Shown here in pieces: positions 1 through 9,267 of a stretch of 64,000 nt of DNA. The notes beneath the pieces were generated by a model. It was not told the DNA's origin. It was given only the letters and a program-made list of their open reading frames with translations, and made no database searches. Position numbers and translations under genes: made by a program. The stretch is taken from contig CBDBHR010000028.1 in NCBI GenBank assembly GCA_965205865.1, positions 96,001-160,000 on the forward strand. The letters are read 5' to 3'. Origin of the DNA: a bacterium. Lineage in GTDB: Bacteria > SAR324 > NAC60-12. How positions within the stretch are numbered: the stretch's first letter is position 1; the number at the start of each line of letters is the position of its first letter.

Positions 1-165
1 GACATAGGTCAATGTCCCTCCGTATTCCGGTGCAGTCACGACCTCACCAGTTGTGGGATCGGTCACATACTTCTGGGCGGCAGCCGGGCTGACCCAAAAA
101 GCTGTCACCATCAGGATGAGGGTTAACAACAATGGTTGCATTTTTCCTCTTTTACTTTTTTGCAT
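1..165 (-). CDS. 5' end (runs off window) of a family-5 ABC solute-binding protein, identical over the visible part to the gene at 3080-4906
   Basis: 1-165 equals 4742-4906; encodes MQKSKRGKMQPLLLTLILMVTAFWVSPAAAQKYVTDPTTGEVVTAPEYGGTLTYV with AAGGAG RBS. Confidence 0.9.
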   Translation of the reverse strand, partial: MQKSKRGKMQPLLLTLILMVTAFWVSPAAAQKYVTDPTTGEVVTAPEYGGTLTYV

Positions 166-193
166 GATTTCTCCTTTTTTACTTAAATTTTAC

Positions 194-848
194 GTAACTA
201 TTCAGGTCTCTGAAAAACCCGTTTAGTTACAATATCGTTTAAAAAGATTCCCGGGGAAGATCAATCGTTTTACGTCCTCCCACGATATTGTTCCATCGAT
301 CGGGAACCCTCTCCTTCACTAAAACAACTCAGTGAAGGCATGATTGTAGCAAACAAAAACGCAATGTCAAGCCCCTGATACAAAATAAATGCGGGATTCG
401 CAAAAAAAAAATCAATAAATCTGCTCAAATCCGGGGACAGTCAGAAGCCGTTCAGTTCAATAACAAAGATTCCCGGCAAGGATCCATCTTTTTCACATCC
501 TCCCAGGGTACTGTTCAATCGATCGAGCGGGAACCCTCCCAAGATTTTGTTCAATCGATCGAGCGGGAACCCTCAACAAAGAGGGGCATGTGAAGCCTGT
601 CCCGGACTTGATCCGGGGGATGCAAAGCCCGAGTGAGCAACTCGAGGATGGATTTCCCTTGTTTTCCGGTAGTGGAAATGGGTTCGGATACAAAAAGCCT
701 GCGTTCCTTCAGCAGTTCGGAAGCCGCCTGAGATTTTTTGTTTCAGTTTAACCATGCGCACATCTCGCTCGGCTTGGTTGTTGTCAAAAGGAACTTGAAA
801 GTCATGCATGAATAACAAGCTTTTCTTTTCATAGAGGATCAAACGATC
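194..848 (-). mobile_element. IS66-family derived non-autonomous element, copy 1 (right end lost)
   Basis: Starts with terminal repeat GTAACTATTCAGGT at 194; 573-842 encodes IS66 transposase C-terminal motif [26 protein letters not shown]. Confidence 0.8.
343..370 (-). promoter_or_regulatory. sigma70 promoter driving the SBP gene (second copy 5084-5111)
   Basis: Minus strand TTGACA-16 bp-TACAAT with extended TG motif (TGCTACAAT). Confidence 0.75.
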
Positions 849-849
849 C

Positions 850-968
850 GACCGAAACCGAATTCCGGAATGGCATCAAGTAGCAGTTGATTCATACGCC
901 ATCGGAAGAAACGAGGAACAGGAAATTACTTCGACAGAATCCTCTAGTGGATTGGGAGTTGCGCATAG
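850..968 (+). pseudogene. Fragment of RelE/ParE-like toxin
   Basis: Reads QLIHTPSEETRNRKLLRQNPLVDWELRI, resembling the ETRNRK..NP...WELR signature of a RelE/ParE subfamily; in-frame stop just upstream and truncated. Confidence 0.55.
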
Positions 969-989
969 ATCCTCAGGAGAGGGCTGCTG

Positions 990-1958
990 CTAAGAGAACG
1001 GGTTGATCAGTCTGGCGAAGAATCCTCGTTTACGTTTCACCATCGCGGTGCCGTAGCTGCCCTCACCGCCCCGCAGTCTGGGATCGAGCAGGTCCCTGAG
1101 GGCGTCGCCGAACATGTTGAGGGAGTAGACGACAAGCGTCAGGCAAAACCCTGGCCAGAGCGCCAGCCAGGGCGCCTGCTCCATGTACTGACGCCCTTCT
1201 ATGCTGAGCAAACTTCCCCAGTCAGGACTGCCGGGGGGCAGACCGAATCCGAGGAAGCTCAGCGAAGCCAGGCTGAGGATGTGGCCTCCGAGGCTGATGC
1301 TGAAAACGATGATGATGACCGGCATAATATTGGGCACGACATGACGGATCAGGGTTCTCACTCTTCGGTTGCCTGTCGCCTCTGCCGCCAGAAAGTAATC
1401 ATTCTCCTTAATGGCTATCACGGCGCCTCTGATGACTCTGGATCCGCCGATGCCTCCGGATATCCCCAGGACCAGGATGATCTGGGGGATCCCCGGCCCC
1501 ACGATGGACATGATCGTTAGCAACAGGATCAGTCCCGGGAAAACTATCCAGGCATCGACAACCCTCTGCACTATAATGTCAAACTTACCCCCAATGAATC
1601 CGGAAGTGCCGCCGATCAGGGTACTGATCACCGTACTGAGCGCGGTGATGGACAGACCGATCAGGATGGAAAGACGACCCCCCAGGATCAGGCGGCTCAG
1701 GAGGTCTCGCCCCAAATGGTCGGTCCCCAGGAGATACTGGGTGGAGGAGCTTGTCAGCCGGTCTCTCAAGTGGATTTCATCAGGGGGATAAGGGGTCAGC
1801 GCATCGGCAAAGATCGCCACCAGAATCCAGATCAAGATGATCATCCCGCAGACAGTACCCAGCGGCTTCTCCTTGACCAGCCTGATCAAGAATTCCGCCA
1901 GCCTGCTACGTCTCTTTGGCTCGATTACTGGTAATGGTATCCCTGTGGCGTCACTCAT
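990..1958 (-). CDS. Peptide/nickel ABC transporter permease (DppC/OppC-like)
   Basis: LGTDHLGRDLLSRL, EAA-loop region, SFLGFG, GDALRDLLDPR. Confidence 0.92.
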   Translation of the reverse strand: MSDATGIPLPVIEPKRRSRLAEFLIRLVKEKPLGTVCGMIILIWILVAIFADALTPYPPDEIHLRDRLTSSSTQYLLGTDHLGRDLLSRLILGGRLSILIGLSITALSTVISTLIGGTSGFIGGKFDIIVQRVVDAWIVFPGLILLLTIMSIVGPGIPQIILVLGISGGIGGSRVIRGAVIAIKENDYFLAAEATGNRRVRTLIRHVVPNIMPVIIIVFSISLGGHILSLASLSFLGFGLPPGSPDWGSLLSIEGRQYMEQAPWLALWPGFCLTLVVYSLNMFGDALRDLLDPRLRGGEGSYGTAMVKRKRGFFARLINPFS

Positions 1959-1967
1959 ATTCCCCCT

Positions 1968-2981
1968 TTAGCTGTAGCGGACCCTGGGGTCCAAATAGGG
2001 ATAAATCAGGTCGGTCAGGAGAATGATCACCATCACGAGGGAGGCGTAAAACATGTTGACTCCGGAGACCACCGGGTAGTCTCGCAGTTTGAGGGCATTC
2101 AGCAAGAGATCACCTAGTCCGGGCAGGTTGAAGATGTTCTCCATGATCACCGAGCCACCGATCAGGAGTGGCAACTGCATGCCGATCAGAGTCACGACCG
2201 GGATGAGGGAATTTTTAATGGCGTGTCTTATCACCACGATACGCTCCCGGAGCCCCTTGGACCAGGCGGTGCGGATATAATCCTGCCGGAGCACCTCCAG
2301 CATCATGGTGCGCGTCATCCGCATGGTGCTGGCCGACATGGCCGTCCCCAGAATTAGGCTGGGAATGATGAGAATCCCGAGATTCCCCAGCGGGTCTTCG
2401 GTGAAAGGAACCCACTCCATCGGGGGCGACCAACCCCACCAGATCGCTGGGAAGATCATCACCATCAGGGCCAGCCAGAAGTTGGGAGTTGCCATGCCGA
2501 TGATGGCGGCGGTGCGCCCCACGTAGTCGGCGGCCGTATCCTGGCGAATCGCCGAGTAGATGCCGACGGGCAGCGCGATCACCAACCCGATGACGATGGA
2601 CAGGACACCAAGCCCCATGCTGACCGGTAATCTACCTATTAGCTTCTCCTCTACCGCCCACTGGCCAAACAGTGACGTGCCAAGGCTGCCCTGGAGGAGA
2701 CCTTTAAAGTGGGACTCACCGGTAAGCCAGTCAGGGGTCGGCAACACTCCTATCCAGCGTCCATACTGCACGTAGACAGGCACGTCCAGTCCCAGCATAC
2801 GCTCAAGAGCTTCACGGTCAATCTCCCATGCCCCCCCCAGGTACTCCTCTGACACCAGCATTCCCACCATTACGTCTATTGCATCGCCCGGGATGAAGCG
2901 CACCGAGAGAAAGACGATGATGCTCAGGATAAACAGGGTGGGGATGATCAGTAATATCCGCCTGATGATATAGGCTCTCAT
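1968..2981 (-). CDS. Peptide/nickel ABC transporter permease (DppB/OppB-like)
   Basis: MRAYIIRR start with GAGGTG RBS; EVLRQDYIRTAWSKGL; C-terminal DPRVRY. Confidence 0.92.
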   Translation of the reverse strand: MRAYIIRRILLIIPTLFILSIIVFLSVRFIPGDAIDVMVGMLVSEEYLGGAWEIDREALERMLGLDVPVYVQYGRWIGVLPTPDWLTGESHFKGLLQGSLGTSLFGQWAVEEKLIGRLPVSMGLGVLSIVIGLVIALPVGIYSAIRQDTAADYVGRTAAIIGMATPNFWLALMVMIFPAIWWGWSPPMEWVPFTEDPLGNLGILIIPSLILGTAMSASTMRMTRTMMLEVLRQDYIRTAWSKGLRERIVVIRHAIKNSLIPVVTLIGMQLPLLIGGSVIMENIFNLPGLGDLLLNALKLRDYPVVSGVNMFYASLVMVIILLTDLIYPYLDPRVRYS

Positions 2982-3035
2982 CTCGCACACCTCATCATTT
3001 TTGAAATTGGCAGGGAAACGCGGGGTATCCTAGAG

Positions 3036-3061
3036 TGGACCGGGCAGTCCTGCCCGGTCCA
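3036..3061. terminator. Perfect intercistronic stem-loop between SBP and permease genes
   Basis: TGGACCGGGCA-gtcc-TGCCCGGTCCA; no U tract, so more likely an mRNA-stabilising hairpin than an intrinsic terminator. Confidence 0.55.
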
Positions 3062-3079
3062 TCAGTACTTCCAGTCGGC

Positions 3080-4906
3080 CTACCACTGGCTCTTGTCCTT
3101 CAATTCCTGGTCAATCCAGAGCCGGGCGAAGATGGCAACATTATTGCTCTGGACGGACAGACCGCCTTCAGCGTTGAAACCTATGACCCACGGCTGGCTC
3201 GCGTAAAACTGCGGAATTTTAGGACCCCATATATGCTCGTGCTTCAATATCTGGTGCCAATCGCACGCTTTAACCAGCCTCGCCTGCTCCTCAAGGGTGG
3301 TAGCGGCCTTGACCCCTTCATGCATTGCCTCTTGGACCGGATCATCCGGAAGCTTCATGTAAAATTTCGAGGGCGCATAGCACGTGCTGGTAGGGGGATA
3401 GTCGAGGCCCAGATGCCACCCCTGCAACGCTAACCCGCCCCCGCCCCAAGTACCTTCCTCGGCCATAGCCATCCAAACAGGTCGCTCTATTGTCTCAATC
3501 TCTCCAGCAATGCCAATCTCAGCAAGGTAGGCTTTAACTATTTCAAGATAGCCCAAATCAGTGTTAGAGCGGAGTACCAGGGGGAGCGAGAATCTAACGC
3601 CGTCGGCGCCGCGCGGAAACCCGGCCTCATCAAGGAGCTTCTCGGCACCTTCCGGGTCATAGATCCAGTATTGCTTGACCTCCTCGGGCCACTCTTCAAA
3701 TGGGTTTCTATACCCGCCGATGATATTGTCCCCTACTTTCCCCTGAGGTATCCACTTGCCCTGACCCTTAAAGTAGGTATTTACAATGGTCTCGAGGTCC
3801 AGTGCCATCTGTATTGCGTGGCGCACCATAATGTCGTCAAGTGGCGACGGCACGAAAGGATTATAAGCCGACAAACTGTAGTTCGACCGAAAATCCCACT
3901 TGTACAACTTGATTTCGGGGTTGGTCCGCCTGATGCTCTCTGCAAATTCGACATTCATATAGGCCCCATCGTGCTTAATGATATCAATCTTAGCCGTGCG
4001 CAGTGCCGCCGCGACTGTTGCGGGTTCCTGAATAAGCAGGTTCCTTACCTGGTCAGTATAGGGCAAGCGGTTCTCCGGGTATTTTTCGTCGTAGCCCCAG
4101 TAGTCAGGATTCTTGGTATAGGTTATAGAGCTGCCTTCGACCCAGTCCGTGATCTCATAGGGCCCGGTGCCGACCAGATTCTTCCAATCCGCTCTCTTAA
4201 TAATGCCCTGTGGCACTTCAGCAGTCCTTGATTCCTCGATTACCTCAGGGGGAAACATATAACCACTGTACGTGGTGGCGATATTCACAAGCGCATTGAG
4301 GTCAAACTGGCTCAGCTTAAAAACAACCGTCCATTTGTCGGTCGCTGTTATCGATTCCATTCGCAGCGTCCCATAAGCCATCATCCACACCCCGGGTTCG
4401 GCTTCACTGAACTCGGTCCCTGTTAACTCGTTTCCCATTATACGGTGAAAGTTGTATTCGACATCAGCAGCAGTAAACTCTCTCCCGTTCATCGGTGGCT
4501 TATTATGCCAGCGAACGCCCTTACGGATATGGAAGGTCCAGGTGAGGCCGTCCGGGGAAATTTCCCAGCTTTCCGCCAGCAGCCCTTTTATCACTTTAGA
4601 ATCCAGGTACGATGGGGGAAAGGTCCATTCATTCCTATCTATTCCCCAGTCCGCCATGCCTAGCGTCTCGACGACGCCGGCGATGACCCACGGCCCCCCG
4701 CAGCAGTAGTAGGTGTCAATCTGGGTCACGTTTGCTGCATGGACATAGGTCAATGTCCCTCCGTATTCCGGTGCAGTCACGACCTCACCAGTTGTGGGAT
4801 CGGTCACATACTTCTGGGCGGCAGCCGGGCTGACCCAAAAAGCTGTCACCATCAGGATGAGGGTTAACAACAATGGTTGCATTTTTCCTCTTTTACTTTT
4901 TTGCAT
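3080..4906 (-). CDS. Family-5 ABC transporter solute-binding protein
   Basis: Signal peptide ending SPAAA-Q; GLLAESWEISPDGLTWTFHIRKGVRW, VGTGPY, VRHAIQMALD motifs. Confidence 0.93.
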   Translation of the reverse strand: MQKSKRGKMQPLLLTLILMVTAFWVSPAAAQKYVTDPTTGEVVTAPEYGGTLTYVHAANVTQIDTYYCCGGPWVIAGVVETLGMADWGIDRNEWTFPPSYLDSKVIKGLLAESWEISPDGLTWTFHIRKGVRWHNKPPMNGREFTAADVEYNFHRIMGNELTGTEFSEAEPGVWMMAYGTLRMESITATDKWTVVFKLSQFDLNALVNIATTYSGYMFPPEVIEESRTAEVPQGIIKRADWKNLVGTGPYEITDWVEGSSITYTKNPDYWGYDEKYPENRLPYTDQVRNLLIQEPATVAAALRTAKIDIIKHDGAYMNVEFAESIRRTNPEIKLYKWDFRSNYSLSAYNPFVPSPLDDIMVRHAIQMALDLETIVNTYFKGQGKWIPQGKVGDNIIGGYRNPFEEWPEEVKQYWIYDPEGAEKLLDEAGFPRGADGVRFSLPLVLRSNTDLGYLEIVKAYLAEIGIAGEIETIERPVWMAMAEEGTWGGGGLALQGWHLGLDYPPTSTCYAPSKFYMKLPDDPVQEAMHEGVKAATTLEEQARLVKACDWHQILKHEHIWGPKIPQFYASQPWVIGFNAEGGLSVQSNNVAIFARLWIDQELKDKSQW

Positions 4907-4934
4907 GATTTCTCCTTTTTTACTTAAATTTTAC

Positions 4935-5702
4935 GTAACTATTCAGGTCTCTGAAAAACCCGTTTAGTTACAATATCGTTTAAAAAGATTCCCGGGGAAG
5001 ATCAATCGTTTTACGTCCTCCCACGATATTGTTCCATCGATCGGGAACCCTCTCCTTCACTAAAACAACTCAGTGAAGGCATGATTGTAGCAAACAAAAA
5101 CGCAATGTCAAGCCCCTGATACAAAATAAATGCGGGATTCGCAAAAAAAAAATCAATAAATCTGCTCAAATCCGGGGACAGTCAGAAACCGTTCAGTTCA
5201 ATAACAAAGATTCCCGGCAAGGATCCATCACTTCACTTCCTCCCGCACCTATTTTGAATCGATCGATCGGGAACCCTCAACAAAGAGGAGCATGTGAAGC
5301 CTGTCACGGACTTGATCCGGGGGATGCAAAGCCCGAGTGAGCAACTCGAGCATGGATTTCCCCTGTTTTCTGCTAGTGAAAATGGGCTCGGGTACAAAAA
5401 GCCTGCGTTCCTTCAGCAGTTCGCAAGCCGCCTGAGATTTTCTGTTTCAATTTGACCATGCGGATATCTCTCTCGGCTTGGTTGTTGTCAAAAAGAACTT
5501 GAAAGTCATGCATGAACAACAAGCTTTCATTTTCATAGAAGATCAAACGATCGAGTAAATTTTGAGCTTTCGTCTGTTTGGGGCGTCCTCGTTTCTTTTT
5601 TTTGAAGACTTGCAGGATAGTGCTCGAGTGCTTTTTGACTGATGTCGTGGTAACGTTGCCGGAAGCGATCGAAGAGGTCTCTAAAGAAACCTGAATAGTT
5701 AC
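4935..5702 (-). mobile_element. Internally deleted IS66-family element (MITE-like, 768 bp) with both terminal inverted repeats
   Basis: GTAACTATTCAGGT at 4935 and ACCTGAATAGTTAC ending 5702 (14-bp perfect IR); residual transposase C-terminus [18 protein letters not shown]...[21 protein letters not shown]; no exact 8-bp target duplication. Confidence 0.85.
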
Positions 5703-5819
5703 CAATTTTTTTGTGAAGATCCCACGCGTGCCGAGTGCTCATCAGTCCTTGAAATGATACGCTCTGAATCCCATGCCCTTCGGGACGATAAGGGCAGGAT
5801 TGCACAGTATTTTCAAGCA

Positions 5820-6670
5820 GCGGGATAATTATCTTGATCTTGATTTTGGTGGCAATCTTTGCCGATGCGTTGAGCCCTTATCCCTATGATAAACTAAACC
5901 TGGTAGATCGGCTGCAGGGCGCCTCTGCCCGGCATCTCTTGGGGACCGACCAGTTGGGGCGAGATCTCTTGAGCCGCTTGATCTTTGGGGCTCGTATTTC
6001 CTTAGTGGTCGGTCTGGCCGCAACCACCCTCAATGTGTTGGTCGCGCTCCTGGTCGGCGGCACGTCCGGATTCCTTGGAGGGAAAGTAGACCTGGCGGCG
6101 CAGCGCTTTGTCGATGCCTGGATGGCCTTCCCGGGACTGCTGCTCTTGTTAACCATCATGTCAGTCGTGGGGCAGGGGTTGATCCAGATCATCGTGGTCC
6201 TGGGGATCGCCGGAGGCATCGGAGGCTCCCGAGTCGTCCGCGGCGCGGTGATCGGCATCAAAGAGAATGACTATTTTCTGGCATCCCGGGCCGTGGGCGC
6301 TCCCACGGGCCACATCCTGACCCGCCATTTCCTGCCCAATATTATGGCACCGATCATCATCATCTTCTCGATTAACATTGGCGGGGTCATTATTGCCGAA
6401 GCGTCGCTGAGCTTCCTGGGATTCGGGCTGCCCATCAAGGTGCCCAGTTGGGGAGGGATGCTCAGCCGGGAAGGGCGTCGGTTCATGGAACAAGCCCCCT
6501 GGCTGGCCTTCTGGCCGGGGCTTTTCCTGACGATTGTCGTCTACTCTCTGAACATGTTCGGTGATGCCATGCGGGACCTGCTCGACCCGAGGCTGCGAGG
6601 GCCGTTACGGCACCGCGATGGTGAAACGTAAACGAGGCCTCCTGGCCCGGCTGATCAACCCGTTCTCTCA
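5820..6670 (+). pseudogene. DppC/OppC-like permease paralog, 5'-truncated and with a 3' frameshift
   Basis: Inverted paralog of 990-1958; lacks the N-terminal ~35 codons; short deletion after DPRLR shifts the shared YGTAMVKRKRG...LINPFS tail out of frame. Confidence 0.8.
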
Positions 6671-6671
6671 G

Positions 6672-7195
6672 GGGTGAAAAAAGCCTGCTTCTATGAACCG
6701 GATATCAATCCCACTTACCACGAATTGGCCCCTCAGAAAGGAGTTTATGATTACTGTCTCTACTTTTGAAAAATTGAAATCCATGAAGTTTTGGGGAATG
6801 GCCAAGCTTTTCAAGAACAAATGTCCTCCAGTCAGTATGATCGTTTGAGTTTTGAAGAACGCTTGGGCTTGCTGGTGGACCGGGAAGCCAGTGAAAGAGA
6901 AAACCGTCGTATGCAATCCGGATTGAAACAAGCTGCTTTACGACAACAAGCCTGTATCCGGGACATTGACCATACGCTGCCCGGAGGATTAGATCCCGCA
7001 CTGATGCAATCCCTCTACAGCGGCCTGTGGATTAAAGAACATCTCAATATCCTCATCTGCGGACCGACTGGGATCGGGAAAAGTTTTATTGCCTGTGCCC
7101 TGGGACATCAAGCCTGTTTGCAGGGAGCCCGAGTCAAATACTTGAGAATCCCTCGATTGCTGCCCCAGTTGGCCTTAGCCAGAGGAGATGGCGCC
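6672..7195 (+). mobile_element. IS21-family remnant (short istA piece fused to frameshifted, truncated istB)
   Basis: YEPDINPTYHELA (IstA-like) near 6693; IstB start at 6747, LSFEERLGLLVDRE, Walker A GPTGIGKS, truncated at ARGDG. Confidence 0.85.
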
Positions 7196-7435
7196 AATCT
7201 GATCAACGGGTTTCGCTTCAATTAAAAAACAAAAACATTAAAGTTTAAGGGGATAAGTGCGTCCAAAACATGAGAAATGAAGACTTTCCACATCTGAAAA
7301 CAGCATATTGATGCTCATTCTCACTCAAACATCCATGGATTTGATGATCAAAATCTGATTTCAGAATGATTGCCTTTCTCAGGTAAAAAAATCATCTTGA
7401 AAATCTGATCCTTTTTTAGAATCGCTCAATTTAGG

Positions 7436-8197
7436 AAGAACTTACTGCTTGATTTCCTAAACAGTGTCCTGTCACCACAGTTTCCCATTTCGGATGTTGA
7501 AATCCTCAACCCCTACAATGATCGCGAGTTTTATTCGGACAAGTTGACGATTGTCGATGTGAAAGCCAGAGATGAAAAAGGGACGACCTATCAGATCGAA
7601 ATTCAATTGGCGGTTTTTTCTTATCTGCCGGAGAGGATGCTCTACACGTGGAGTGATATCTATCAGTCCCAGTTACAAAGTGGGGAGCCATTCTCAGAAT
7701 TAAGTCCGGTTATCTCCATTTGGATGTTGACTGAAAATCTGATTCCTGATAGTCCGGCCTTTCATCATCACTTCCAACTGGTGGATCGAGAGAACCAAAA
7801 ACGATTATCGGACCATTGCTCAATTCATATATTGGAATTGGACAAATGGCGGTATTCCGAGACCTTGAACACAGAAGATCAATGGTTATATTTTTTTAAA
7901 GAAGCTGAGCATTGGGAGGAATTACCCGAAATCATCAACACCCCTAACATGAGACAAGCGATGGCAGTCTTAGAGCGATTTTCAGAAAAAGAAGCCAACT
8001 ATCACTTATACCAAGCCCGTCAGAATGCTTTGCGTGAGGAGAAAACAAGACAAAAGTTTTTGGAAGAAGCCTTGCGGAGAGAGGAAGAGGCGGTGAGAGA
8101 GAAGGAAGAGACTCTGAGGAGAGAAGAAAAGGAGAGAGCTGAGAAAGAGCGGCTCATGGAAAACTTGAAAAAAGCAGGAATTGATCCGGATGAATAA
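7436..8197 (+). CDS. Rpn-family recombination-promoting nuclease / putative transposase (PD-(D/E)XK), N-terminus apparently truncated
   Basis: LLLDFLNSVL..VEILNPYN..DKLTIVDVKARDEKG..YQIEIQ..IHILELDK; charged coiled-coil tail; frame closed by TGA just upstream without the usual N-terminal DxxFK segment. Confidence 0.85.
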   Translation, partial: KNLLLDFLNSVLSPQFPISDVEILNPYNDREFYSDKLTIVDVKARDEKGTTYQIEIQLAVFSYLPERMLYTWSDIYQSQLQSGEPFSELSPVISIWMLTENLIPDSPAFHHHFQLVDRENQKRLSDHCSIHILELDKWRYSETLNTEDQWLYFFKEAEHWEELPEIINTPNMRQAMAVLERFSEKEANYHLYQARQNALREEKTRQKFLEEALRREEEAVREKEETLRREEKERAEKERLMENLKKAGIDPDE

Positions 8198-8253
8198 ACG
8201 GTCTTTCCTCGGTTTCTCATGACGAGCACACATGCGATAATTCAAGAAAAAAG

Positions 8254-8378
8254 TGCCAACCAGGCGGTTCACTTGACGCCCACCCCTGCGCTTTTCACGA
8301 AGGTTTGTGACAGATTGTCAGTTCATCTCTATTCCAATGGTCATTACCGGGTGGGCGCAAGTGACCTTGACGTTCTGC
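8254..8378 (+). other. Integron attC site 1
   Basis: R'' TGCCAAC ... R' GTTCTGC; arms GGTTCACTTGACGCCCACCC / GGGTGGGCGCAAGTGACC pair with two extrahelical bases. Confidence 0.85.
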
Positions 8379-8404
8379 CTCAAGAATAGACTCTCCTCAA
8401 AGTT

Positions 8405-8450
8405 TTGCATTTTTACAATTAATGACCTAAAATAGGTTCTATATTTAGAG
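8405..8450 (+). promoter_or_regulatory. TA operon promoter and operator
   Basis: TTGCAT-17 bp-TAAAAT overlapped by palindrome GACCTA-AAA-TAGGTT. Confidence 0.6.
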
Positions 8451-8476
8451 CTTATTTTTATTAAAAGGAGTGAATT

Positions 8477-8728
8477 ATGGATCTTATTCTTGCAAAATAT
8501 TCTGCCAGTATTTCAGAACTCAAAAAAAATCCCTCTGCATTACTTCAGCAAGCCGATGGCAGCCCTATCACCATTTTAAATCACAACAAACCAACAGCTT
8601 ATCTAGTCCCAGCAGAGACATATGAAGCGCTTTTGGAGAAACTAGAAGATTACGAATTGGGAGAGTTGGTGAAACAACGCCAACATGAAAAGGGAAAAGC
8701 TATCGAGGTTTCACTAGATGAGTTATAA
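8477..8728 (+). CDS. Phd/YefM-family antitoxin (StbD-like)
   Basis: SASISELKKNP...ILNHNKPTAYLVP; overlaps the downstream toxin. Confidence 0.9.
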   Translation: MDLILAKYSASISELKKNPSALLQQADGSPITILNHNKPTAYLVPAETYEALLEKLEDYELGELVKQRQHEKGKAIEVSLDEL

Positions 8729-9008
8729 ATTAAAGTTTTTGCCGACGGCATTGAAGGAGTGGAAGAAATTAGATACTTCTATTCAATCACAGTTGAAGAA
8801 AAAACTGGCGGAACGTTTAGAGAATCCACATATACCAGCTAGTAAGCTTTCAAGTTTTGCGAATCACTATAAAATCAAGCTCCGTACAAGTGGTTATCGG
8901 TTGGTGTACGAGGTTATTGATGATGAATTAGTCGTGATGGTGATTGTAATTGGAAAACGTGAAAGAGAAAGAGTCTATGAAATTGCAAAAGATCGATCAA
9001 AGGCATAA
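8718..9008 (+). CDS. relE: RelE/StbE-family toxin
   Basis: YKLKFLPTALKEWKKLD...YKIKLRTSGYRLVYEV; stop codon lies inside R'' of attC2. Confidence 0.92.
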   Translation: MSYKLKFLPTALKEWKKLDTSIQSQLKKKLAERLENPHIPASKLSSFANHYKIKLRTSGYRLVYEVIDDELVVMVIVIGKRERERVYEIAKDRSKA

Positions 9009-9087
9009 CAAATCAGTCCAGTGTATTTCGGGGGCGCTAGTCGTACCTCCTTCTGCCCCACTCAAATACTGAATTTTCACGTTGGAC
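9003..9087 (+). other. Integron attC site 2
   Basis: R'' GCATAAC ... R' GTTGGAC; imperfect arms CAGTGTATTT..GGGG / CCCC..AAATACTG; R'' GGCATAAC complements the GTTCTGCC that opens this cassette at 7 of 8 positions. Confidence 0.75.
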
Positions 9088-9132
9088 TCCAAAAAGTTTT
9101 CTCTCACATATATTTTCTAAAACATTTTATCG

Positions 9133-9267
9133 TTGAAAACTAATTCTACTTATTGTACGATATTACCGTACTTTTAAATCAAATTAGTTTCACATCCCTT
9201 TATTGGAGGATGAGCCATTATGCGAGAGGTGACAGTAAATCAATTTAGATCTACCCTTAAATCTTGA
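9133..9267 (+). pseudogene. Promoter and 5' stub of a second YefM-like antitoxin cassette
   Basis: TTGAAA-17-TACGAT with GTACG..CGTAC operator-like palindrome, GGAGG RBS, ATG at 9220: MREVTVNQFRSTLKS*, cut by the dppC fragment. Confidence 0.65.

Larger units (their letters stand above)
1..488. repeat. Near-identical direct repeat, copy 1 (copy 2 at 4742-5229)
   Basis: Offset 4741; only one substitution noticed (agaagccg vs agaaaccg); similarity continues at lower identity into the IS66 remnant. Confidence 0.95.

Noticed and set aside
499-574. 36-bp tandem unit as a CRISPR or TIGR-like array
   Set aside because: Only two units, only ~6 variable bases, and no cas or Nop-domain gene nearby; kept as part of the leader motif
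4927-5710. 8-bp target-site duplication around the IS66 mini-element
   Set aside because: Flanks AATTTTAC and CAATTTTT are similar but not identical
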